Both the position numbers and the translations under genes were made by a program. DNA of 37,959 bases from Patescibacteria group bacterium. Its GTDB lineage: Bacteria > Patescibacteriota > Patescibacteriia > 2-12-FULL-57-11. The notes under the pieces were generated by a model. The model did not search any database and had not been told where the DNA came from. It was given only the letters and a program-made list of their open reading frames with translations. Positions 18,926 to 26,328 of the stretch are shown here, piece after piece; the first letter of the stretch is position 1; the number at the start of each line of letters is the position of its first letter. Location of the stretch: contig JBBUJK010000025.1 of assembly GCA_038054875.1 (NCBI GenBank), positions 1 to 37,959 on the forward strand. Reading direction: 5' to 3'.

Positions 18926-19757
18926 CAAAAGAAACAACAAGTTTCATTATAGCCCCTTGAGGTACCCGGGAGGAAAGACCTCTCTGTTTCCGTTTTTCGA
19001 CAAAGTGATCAAGCAAAATAATCTCGAAAATGTAACTTACATCGAACCATTTGCCGGTGGCGCAGGAGCGGCACTAGCTTTGCTTTTTTTGGAGAAAGTC
19101 GAACGAATCGTCATTAACGACCTCGATAAAGCAATCTACTCGTTTTGGAGGTCGGCAATTTTTGATTCCGCAAAATTCATAAAGAAAATTCATTCGACCC
19201 CAATCACGGTAAAAGAGTGGAGAAAACAGAAGGCAATTTATAGTAATCCTAAAGCCAAACGGTTTGAGTTGGGGTTCGCAACCTTTTTTCTCAATCGAAC
19301 AAACATGTCCGGCATTTTGGATGGCGGACCGATTGGTGGTGTAGATCAAAAGGGGAAGTGGAAAATTGACGCCCGATTTAATAAGGAAAAATTGTCAGAA
19401 CGAATCCATCAGTTGTCTCTCTATAAAAACAGAATTTCTGTTTTCAACAAAGATGGGATTGAGCTGATCGGCGCCTATTTGAAAAAGAAAAATGCTTTTA
19501 TTTATCTTGACCCGCCATATTTTGAGAAAGGCGCGACACTCTATCTGAACCATTACAAAAAGGACAACCATGCTGCTCTGGCTAAGCGCCTGAATGATAG
19601 CCCGGATGCTTTCTGGTTGCTTACTTACGATAACAAGAAAGAGATCAAGGCACTCTATCCAGACAGACAAGTTGTGAATTTCTCTTTAAACTACAATGCC
19701 TACGAGTCACGTAAAGGAAGAGAAATCATGGTCTTCTCCGATGCGCTTGTCTCCTAA
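18909..19757 (+). CDS. Dam/D12-class N6-adenine DNA methyltransferase
   Basis: SPLRYPGGK, YIEPFAGGAG, INDLD, YLDPPY; overlaps the upstream gene by 17 bp. Confidence 0.93.
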   Translation: MFKINNKRNNKFHYSPLRYPGGKTSLFPFFDKVIKQNNLENVTYIEPFAGGAGAALALLFLEKVERIVINDLDKAIYSFWRSAIFDSAKFIKKIHSTPITVKEWRKQKAIYSNPKAKRFELGFATFFLNRTNMSGILDGGPIGGVDQKGKWKIDARFNKEKLSERIHQLSLYKNRISVFNKDGIELIGAYLKKKNAFIYLDPPYFEKGATLYLNHYKKDNHAALAKRLNDSPDAFWLLTYDNKKEIKALYPDRQVVNFSLNYNAYESRKGREIMVFSDALVS

Positions 19758-19851
19758 GATAGATCTCCGATCTTTCGGGGTCAGGTTTTGAGATATCGCA
19801 CCCTTGACTCCCACGCTCGTGTTCGACTAGGGTCCTCGCAGGAGGAAACGA

Positions 19852-20310
19852 GTGACGGAACAAAAGCAGCAGTACGCCTACGTCGGTGTGGATCCGATCG
19901 TGCTCTTTGGTCGGCTGATCGTGCTGGCCAAGCGCGGACCGGATGCCAAGACAGGGCCTGGGGTGTGGCACACGCCTGGCACGGTGGTTCGCATCGGCCA
20001 GAACATGGAGAGCGCGATGTGCAGCCGCGTTCGCGAGAAGACCGGGCTCGTGGTGAGGCCGCTGTGCGACACCATGCAGCAGTCCTTCGTCCGTTTCTAC
20101 GACGACCTTCAACGAATCAACGAGTACGGCGACATCGCGCTCTCGTTCCTGAGCCGGGTCGTCGGCGGCGAGATGTGGCCGGGGGAGCACATCGCCGAGG
20201 TCAAGGCCTTCCGTCCCGACGAACTGTCGTCACTGCACATCGGCTTCGACCACGCGCAGATCCTCAAGGACGGCATCGCCCGGCTGCGCGATCTCGGCGA
20301 GATCGACTAG
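19852..20310 (+). CDS. NUDIX-fold protein with degenerate Nudix box
   Basis: GVWHTPG...SRVREKTGL, GFDHAQIL; GGAGG SD before the GTG start. Confidence 0.78.
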   Translation: MTEQKQQYAYVGVDPIVLFGRLIVLAKRGPDAKTGPGVWHTPGTVVRIGQNMESAMCSRVREKTGLVVRPLCDTMQQSFVRFYDDLQRINEYGDIALSFLSRVVGGEMWPGEHIAEVKAFRPDELSSLHIGFDHAQILKDGIARLRDLGEID

Positions 20311-20326
20311 TCGCGGCAGCAGTCGC

Positions 20327-20353
20327 GAGAGCGCTTCGGCGCTTTTCTTTTTT
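20327..20353 (+). terminator. Intrinsic terminator with UUCG loop
   Basis: GAGAGCGC-TTCG-GCGCTTTT followed by a T tract. Confidence 0.75.
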
Positions 20354-20363
20354 ACCGGTCGCA

Positions 20364-20437
20364 ATAACCGTGAAAATCAGCGTTTACGAGTAGTTTTTCA
20401 CGGTTATGTTGACAAAACCGTGAAAACTGCCTAGAAT
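20364..20437 (+). promoter_or_regulatory. sigma70 promoter with three-box operator upstream of the Fic gene
   Basis: TTGACA (20409)-17 bp-TAGAAT (20432); ATAACCGTGAAAA (20364-20376), its inverse (20395-20407) and a third AACCGTGAAAA in the spacer (20416-20426). Confidence 0.85.
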
Positions 20438-20445
20438 AGAGGTAT

Positions 20446-21327
20446 ATGGCGAAAATACTGAATGTTTTTAGCAGAATAAGCTCTCTCCGTGAGAGATATT
20501 ACAAAGCATCCACAGGCAAAGATGCGCTTATTCGTCTTATCAGTGAGGCCGAAGTAGCTGAGCAGGTGTACAACTCAAACGCGATTGAAAATAGCACGCT
20601 GAGTTTTGAAGAAACGGAAAAGATACTTCTTCAGATTAATTTGGACAGATTCGTTTCCGAACGGGAAATTTTTGAAACAAAGAATCTCGCGCGCGTCGTG
20701 TCATACATTGACAAAAGAGCGAAAGAGCAGGAGCTCACGCTTGAGGTGATTTTGTCGCTTCATAAAATGTTGATTTCAAACATCCGCGATGATGTTGCCG
20801 GAAGATTTCGAAGTGATGATGAATATGTTCGAGTGGGGAGCCATATCGCGCCGGCTCCAAAAGAAGTGAAAGAAAGACTTGAAAAGATGTTTGCGGAATA
20901 TAACGCCGCAAGTCATGAAAATATCATCAGGCGTATTGCGCGTCTGCACCTCACCTTTGAATACATACACCCGTTTGTTGATGGGAACGGTCGTATCGGA
21001 AGAGTGATGAATAATTACTTGCTCATTCGAGAGGGCTTTGTACCGGTGAATATTAAATTTATCGACCGTAAGATGTATTACGAAGCGTTCAAGGAATTTG
21101 ATGCAGATGGCACGACAAAAACGATGGAGGAAATTGTCGGAAAATCGCTCACGAACAGTTACCATAAAAGACTTGCCTATTTAGAGGGTGCGGAAATAAT
21201 GTCACTCTCCGCATATGGAAAGAAGAACAAGTTGTCGCATTCAAACCTCATTAATAAAGCCAACAGGCAGACGATAGAGGCTTTTCTTGAGAAAGGAGAA
21301 TGGAAAATCGCGATACCGAAGAAATAA
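20446..21327 (+). CDS. Fic family protein with N-terminal autoinhibitory motif and possible C-terminal HTH
   Basis: HPFVDGNGRIGR Fic motif; SNAIEN matches (S/T)xxxE(G/N). Confidence 0.92.
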   Translation: MAKILNVFSRISSLRERYYKASTGKDALIRLISEAEVAEQVYNSNAIENSTLSFEETEKILLQINLDRFVSEREIFETKNLARVVSYIDKRAKEQELTLEVILSLHKMLISNIRDDVAGRFRSDDEYVRVGSHIAPAPKEVKERLEKMFAEYNAASHENIIRRIARLHLTFEYIHPFVDGNGRIGRVMNNYLLIREGFVPVNIKFIDRKMYYEAFKEFDADGTTKTMEEIVGKSLTNSYHKRLAYLEGAEIMSLSAYGKKNKLSHSNLINKANRQTIEAFLEKGEWKIAIPKK

Positions 21328-21335
21328 TACAAGTC

Positions 21336-22019
21336 ATGAAAAAGGTCGCCATATTCGACATCGACGGCACGATCTTCCGCTCCAGTCTGCTGATTGAATT
21401 GATGGCGGTTTTTGTGCGTGAAGGCGTGATGCCGGCAGAAACGCAGAAGGTCTACGCCCAGGCACGCGCGAAGTGGCTCGATCGTGAAGGTTCGTATGAG
21501 GAGTACATCAGCGCCGTAGTCAGGGCCTTTGAGTCGCGGATACGGGGAGTGCCGAGCAAGACCTTTTTGAGAATTTCCAACAGGGTCGTGGCTGCGTCCG
21601 GCAAACGCGTCTACCGCTACACGCGCGATCTCATACAGACCCTGCGGCGGAAGAAGTATTTTGTGTTGGCCGTGTCGAATTCTCCGAAGATTATTCTTGA
21701 TCCGTTCTGCAAAAAATGGGGCTTCGATAAAGTCTACGGGAGGATCTACGAAACGGATCCGCGCGGACGGCTGACCGGAAAAACAGCGCACCTTGATTTG
21801 ATCTCCGATAAGGCCAAGATTCTTAAGCGCGCGGTGGAGCGCGGAGGACTGACGCTCAAAGACTCCATCGGCGTCGGGGATTCGGAAGCCGATATCCCAT
21901 TCCTCAAACTCGTCGCGCATCCTATCTGCTTCAACCCCAATCACAAGCTGTTTGTGGCGGCCAAGCGTCATGGCTGGAAGGTTGTCGTGGAACGGAAGGA
22001 TGTTATTTATACGGTGTAA
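21336..22019 (+). CDS. HAD-superfamily (subfamily IB, PSP-like) hydrolase
   Basis: FDIDGTI, VSNSP, GVGDSEAD, FNP. Confidence 0.9.
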   Translation: MKKVAIFDIDGTIFRSSLLIELMAVFVREGVMPAETQKVYAQARAKWLDREGSYEEYISAVVRAFESRIRGVPSKTFLRISNRVVAASGKRVYRYTRDLIQTLRRKKYFVLAVSNSPKIILDPFCKKWGFDKVYGRIYETDPRGRLTGKTAHLDLISDKAKILKRAVERGGLTLKDSIGVGDSEADIPFLKLVAHPICFNPNHKLFVAAKRHGWKVVVERKDVIYTV

Positions 22020-22096
22020 CCCTCCCCACAGCCCGCGTGTATCTCAGGGTACGGTGCACCAAAGAGGACGGTTCACTCAGTAACCCACAAAACACT

Positions 22097-22564
22097 ATGC
22101 GCATGAGAAAGGCCCTTCCTGCGGCTGCCGCGGGCATCGCGCTCGCCGGCACGCTGGCCTCGGCATCGCTCGTCTACGCCCATGATGGCGGCGTCGGAGC
22201 GGTGCAGCGCCCGCGGCTCGACAAGACGGAGATACAGGCCATGATTGCCGAGGACCTCGGGATCACGGTGGATCAGCTCAAGCAGAAGATCGACGCCGGC
22301 CAGAAGCCGGGGGAGATCGCCAAAGAGCTGGGCATCACGCCCGAGCAGATGAAGGAGAAGATGATCGCGCGCGCCACGGCGGAGATCCAGGCGCGGGTCG
22401 CGAGCGGCAAGCTCACCCAGGAGCAGGCCGACAAGATCCTGGAGCGGATGGCCAATCACCCCAAGCCGGGGAAGATGATGCGACATGTTATCAAGCATCG
22501 TTTCAACGGCAACGGCAATCCGCCGCCTCACTTCGAAAAGTTCAAAGAGATCCAAGCACAGTAA
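22097..22564 (+). CDS. Secreted helical-repeat hypothetical protein
   Basis: Signal peptide ending VYA; repeated LGITxxQL/M motifs and GKLTQEQAD. Confidence 0.75.
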   Translation: MRMRKALPAAAAGIALAGTLASASLVYAHDGGVGAVQRPRLDKTEIQAMIAEDLGITVDQLKQKIDAGQKPGEIAKELGITPEQMKEKMIARATAEIQARVASGKLTQEQADKILERMANHPKPGKMMRHVIKHRFNGNGNPPPHFEKFKEIQAQ

Positions 22565-22572
22565 CGCGCACC

Positions 22573-22602
22573 ACACGCTCCGCTCACCCCGGAGCGTGTT
22601 TG
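22573..22602 (+). repeat. 30-bp hairpin, copy 1 (terminator-like)
   Basis: ACACGCTCCGCTCACCCCGGAGCGTGTTTG, identical to 23444-23473. Confidence 0.9.
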
Positions 22603-22637
22603 CTTTCCCGCGGCAGTTCCCGTAAGTTTCTTGCCAT

Positions 22638-23432
22638 ATGAAACGCTATGCCATTCTTGGGGGTGTCGGTTTTGTCGCGTTTGTCTTCTTGTTCATCATC
22701 TTCTGGCCGTTTGGGACGGTCGGCGCGGGGGAACGCGGCATCATGCTGCGCTGGGGCGCGGTGACGCACCGGGTCATCGACGAGGGGTTGTACCTGCGCA
22801 TTCCGCTCATGGAACGCATCGTCATCATGGACGTGAGGATCCAGAAGGAAGAGGTGGAGGCCACGGCCGCGTCCAAGGATTTGCAGACCGTGAATTCCAA
22901 AGTGGCGTTGAACTACCATCTCGACCCGACGCGCGTCACGAACATGTACCAGGAAGTCGGCCTCGAATACGACACCCGGTTGATTGACCCGGCGTTGCAG
23001 GAATCCGTGAAATCCACGACGGCCAAATACACGGCCGAGGAACTCATCACCAAGCGCGAGGAGGTGCGGGACGCGATCCGTGCGCATCTCGTGAGCAAGC
23101 TCGAGTCGCGCGGCATCCTGATCGACGATTTCAACATCGTGGACTTCCGGTTCTCCGACGCGTTCGACAACGCGATCGAGCTCAAGGTGACGGCGGAGCA
23201 GAGCGCCCTTGCCGCCAAGAACAAACTGGAACAGATCAAATTCGAAGCGGAGCAGCAGGTTGCCGAAGCGCGCGGGAAAGCCGAAGCGCTGCGCATCGAA
23301 TCTGCCGCGTTGCAGTCCAGCCCGCAGATCCTCCAGCTCCGGGCACTCGAGAAATGGGACGGGAAGCTGCCGTCCGTCATGGGGTCGCAGGCCACGCCGT
23401 TTATCGACGTCACCGGCATCATCCGCCGGTAG
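22638..23432 (+). CDS. Prohibitin/SPFH (band 7) family protein
   Basis: N-terminal TM; VGAGERG, SKDLQ, YTAEELITKR, IELKVTAEQ, KWDGKLP. Confidence 0.93.
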   Translation: MKRYAILGGVGFVAFVFLFIIFWPFGTVGAGERGIMLRWGAVTHRVIDEGLYLRIPLMERIVIMDVRIQKEEVEATAASKDLQTVNSKVALNYHLDPTRVTNMYQEVGLEYDTRLIDPALQESVKSTTAKYTAEELITKREEVRDAIRAHLVSKLESRGILIDDFNIVDFRFSDAFDNAIELKVTAEQSALAAKNKLEQIKFEAEQQVAEARGKAEALRIESAALQSSPQILQLRALEKWDGKLPSVMGSQATPFIDVTGIIRR

Positions 23433-23443
23433 TCACGTCCACG

Positions 23444-23473
23444 ACACGCTCCGCTCACCCCGGAGCGTGTTTG
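23444..23473 (+). repeat. 30-bp hairpin, copy 2 (terminator-like)
   Basis: Identical to 22573-22602. Confidence 0.9.
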
Positions 23474-23489
23474 TCATCGCGCGGCTACC

Positions 23490-23598
23490 GGATGATCGGG
23501 GATTTCTCACCCTGCGAGGGTTCGAAATGACAGGTGGGTGTGCCACGCGGCTCCTTTGGATGACAAGTGTTTGTCATCTCGAACGGTAGTGAGAGATC
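23490..23598. repeat. GTCAT-tagged palindrome cluster, left flank of the GIY-YIG gene
   Basis: 23490-23564 is an imperfect direct repeat of 23948-24020; an inverted unit GTCATCTCGAACGGTAGTGAGAGATC lies at 23573-23598. Confidence 0.88.
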
Positions 23599-23603
23599 TC
23601 CGA

Positions 23604-23903
23604 TCACCCAACAAGATCAGTCATATCAAGAAGTCCGGGATTGGTGGATCGGATTAAGGATAACTTCTTCTCTCTGCGATACCTCTTGATCTGTTTTTCC
23701 CGCTCAAGCGCATCGCGAACGTCGGTGAATTTCTCCACGTAGAGGAGATGCGTGCAGCCGTACCTTGCCGTAAAACCGCCTCGGTGTGCCGAGCGATGCT
23801 GATTAATTCGCCCTTGTAGATTTCCGGTGGCACCGACGTAGTAGGTCGTGCGCCGCGGGTTCGACAGGATGTACACCCAGTAGTTGCGGTCGTGCATACC
23901 CAT
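23604..23903 (-). CDS. Small stand-alone GIY-YIG nuclease
   Basis: YWVYIL...YYVGAT.NL..R..QH, FTARYG, A..REKQIK, LI...NP. Confidence 0.92.
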   Translation of the reverse strand: MGMHDRNYWVYILSNPRRTTYYVGATGNLQGRINQHRSAHRGGFTARYGCTHLLYVEKFTDVRDALEREKQIKRYRREKKLSLIRSTNPGLLDMTDLVG

Positions 23904-23947
23904 CTATCGTCCCACATCGGGGATGGGCACCTGTCAATGCTCCTGCT

Positions 23948-24020
23948 GGATGATCGGGGATTTCTCACCCCGCGGGGGTTCGAAATGACATGGCTTGGCC
24001 ATGCGGCTCCTTGGGATGAC
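23948..24020. repeat. GTCAT-tagged palindrome unit, right flank of the GIY-YIG gene
   Basis: First 43 nt match 23490-23532 with two mutually compensatory substitutions. Confidence 0.88.
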
Positions 24021-24072
24021 GAAAAAGCGGTATAGTGATTGCGATCTGGGCCATCGGCCCGTTATTTCGCCT

Positions 24073-26274
24073 ATGCGCACATTTATTTCTCGCCTCGCTC
24101 TGGCTGCTCTGGCCGTTTCGGCCATGGCGCCGCTCTCCGTCGCCGCCATCACCGACTCGACGCCGCCCGTGGTGTCCTCGGTCACGCCGACCACGACGTA
24201 CAAGAACCAAGCTACGACCTACGATGTAACGACGAGCGACGACATTGCCGGCGTCGACGGCTGCGATTTGTACGTGAACACCGTCAACCAGGGAGCCATG
24301 ACCATGACGTTGATCAGCGGCATGAACTGGAGGGCCACCCGTTCCTACACATACACGGGATCCGCAGGGACCATTTCCATCTACGCCCGCTGCCGCGACG
24401 GCGCCATGGTACCGAATTTCGCGAACGGTGCGACGACGAGCATCACCATCTTCGTGGACAACTCGCCGCCGGCGGTCTCGAACCTCCTGCCGGCCACGGC
24501 CACGGTCGGCGTGGCCACGACGATCAGCGCGTTTGCCATGGATGACGAATTCGGTTCCGGGATCAACACCTGCGGGGGAATTATCGATGGTGTAGAGTCC
24601 GGCCTCATGACCCCGTCGGGCTCGACCTACTCGCTCTCCGGCGTGACGTTTTCCACCGCCGGTTCGCATACCCTCCAGGTGAACTGTTTTGACCGGACCG
24701 GCAACCTGGGTACGGCATCGCGGACCGTGACGGTCTCTGCGCCCGCCGACACCACGGCGCCCGTCGTCAACCAGATCGATCAATCCACGGCCACGGCCGG
24801 AACCGCGCTCACGCTGACCGCCATTGCCATGGACAACGTCGGCATCAGCAGTTGCTCGCTTTATGTCGGCGGTGTTTCGCAAGGGACGATGGCCGTCTTG
24901 GGTGGGGTTGCTTCCCGCAGCCACACTTTTCCGGCAGCTGGAAGTTACGCTGCAGATGTTCGCTGCACAGATGCCGCCGGGAATCCGACGACTGGCGCAT
25001 CGCGCACCATTGTTGTCGCCGCTGCAGCTGATTCCACGCTCCCGACGGTTACAGGCGTTGGACCTACAACGGCTTCGACCGGCAGCGCCGTTACGCTGAC
25101 CGCGACGGTCGCTGACAACATCGGCGTCAGCAGCTGCACGCTCTACGTCGGCGGCACGTCGCAAGGCGCCATGACGGTCTCGTCCGGCGTCGCCAGCCGC
25201 AGTCACACCTTCGCGAGCGCAGGAAGTTCCTCAGTGGAAATTCGCTGCGTTGATGCTGCGGGGAATACGGGAACCGGCAGCGCAACGGTCACGGTCAGCG
25301 CGTCGCCTGCCACGGCGGACACCACGTTGCCGATCGTCGGCCAGGTCGCGCAGACCACGGCCACGGCCGGAACCGCGATCACGCTGACGGTCGCGGCCTC
25401 GGACAACATCGGCATTTCCTCCTGCACGCTCTACGTCGGTGGTGTCTCTCAGGGCACCATGGCCGTGTCCGGCGGGAGCGCCTCGCGTAGCCACACGTTC
25501 TCCTCATCTGGAAACATCGCCGTGGAAGTGCGCTGCACGGACGCGACGGGGAACATCGGCATCGGCGTTTCGCGCACCATTGTCGTGGCCGCAGCCGTGA
25601 CGCCGGTACCGCCCACGCCGGTTCCAATTTCCACGGGCGCGGATCTTGATACGGACGGCGATGACTTGTCCGACGCCGATGAGGCGGTCTACGGCACAAG
25701 TCCCACGAACCGCGACACCGATGGCGACGGATTTGCCGACGGCACGGAAGTGCGCAACGGCTACAATCCGTTGGGCGCGGGCCGCATCAGTCCGCCGACG
25801 ACATCCGCCGTACCCGGGCGCCTCATCAAGCTGGCGTGCCCGGCAGGCGCGAACGGCTATCATCCTTGCAAGGCCGTGTACTACTACGGCCGCGACGGCA
25901 AGCGGCATACATTCCCGAGCGCGCGCATCTACGCCACCTGGTTCAATGACTTTTCCACGGTGCAGGTGGTGGACGCTGCCTTCATGGCGTCGTTGTCCGT
26001 CGGCAAAAACGTCCTGCCACGGCCGGGCGTGCGGCTCGTGAAATTCGAGACCGTGAACACGGTGTATGCCGTGGACCGCGGCGGCATTCTGCGCGGCATC
26101 TCCAATGAGACGGTGGCCGCGGGAATCTATGGAAGCACTTGGAACACGAAGCTCGATGATGTCGTCGACACCCTGTTCGGCAACTTCCTGATCGGCACCG
26201 ACATCACATCGGCCTTGGACTACAGCCCGGCCACGGTCACCGCCGGCACGACGTCCATCGACGGGAACTTCTAG
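24073..26274 (+). CDS. Secreted surface protein: five Ig-like repeats, DxDxDG repeats, CPR-type C-terminal domain
   Basis: Signal peptide; five D(S/N/T)xxPxV-initiated repeats of about 95-100 aa, each with two Cys; DTDGDDLSD/DTDGDGFADG; GRLIKL..C...CKAVYYYGRDGKRH. Confidence 0.85.
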   Translation: MRTFISRLALAALAVSAMAPLSVAAITDSTPPVVSSVTPTTTYKNQATTYDVTTSDDIAGVDGCDLYVNTVNQGAMTMTLISGMNWRATRSYTYTGSAGTISIYARCRDGAMVPNFANGATTSITIFVDNSPPAVSNLLPATATVGVATTISAFAMDDEFGSGINTCGGIIDGVESGLMTPSGSTYSLSGVTFSTAGSHTLQVNCFDRTGNLGTASRTVTVSAPADTTAPVVNQIDQSTATAGTALTLTAIAMDNVGISSCSLYVGGVSQGTMAVLGGVASRSHTFPAAGSYAADVRCTDAAGNPTTGASRTIVVAAAADSTLPTVTGVGPTTASTGSAVTLTATVADNIGVSSCTLYVGGTSQGAMTVSSGVASRSHTFASAGSSSVEIRCVDAAGNTGTGSATVTVSASPATADTTLPIVGQVAQTTATAGTAITLTVAASDNIGISSCTLYVGGVSQGTMAVSGGSASRSHTFSSSGNIAVEVRCTDATGNIGIGVSRTIVVAAAVTPVPPTPVPISTGADLDTDGDDLSDADEAVYGTSPTNRDTDGDGFADGTEVRNGYNPLGAGRISPPTTSAVPGRLIKLACPAGANGYHPCKAVYYYGRDGKRHTFPSARIYATWFNDFSTVQVVDAAFMASLSVGKNVLPRPGVRLVKFETVNTVYAVDRGGILRGISNETVAAGIYGSTWNTKLDDVVDTLFGNFLIGTDITSALDYSPATVTAGTTSIDGNF

Positions 26275-26286
26275 GATAAAAAACGG

Positions 26287-26310
26287 CCGGCATCCTTGCG
26301 GATACCGGCG
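26287..26310. terminator. Hairpin between convergent genes
   Basis: GCCGGCATCC-TTGC-GGATACCGGC with an upstream A tract. Confidence 0.55.
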
Positions 26311-26328
26311 TGTCGGAGAAGCGTTGGA

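Noticed and set aside
19761-19772. AGATCTCCGATC also found at 23594-23605
   Set aside because: Only 12 bp with no accompanying hairpin; could be chance.
11862-20350. Integrative element or prophage at tRNA-Asp
   Set aside because: No integrase, phage genes or duplicated tRNA 3' end seen.
23473-24020. CRISPR array or IS terminal inverted repeats around the GIY-YIG gene
   Set aside because: Too few, irregular units; no cas or transposase gene and no target-site duplication; better described as REP-like.
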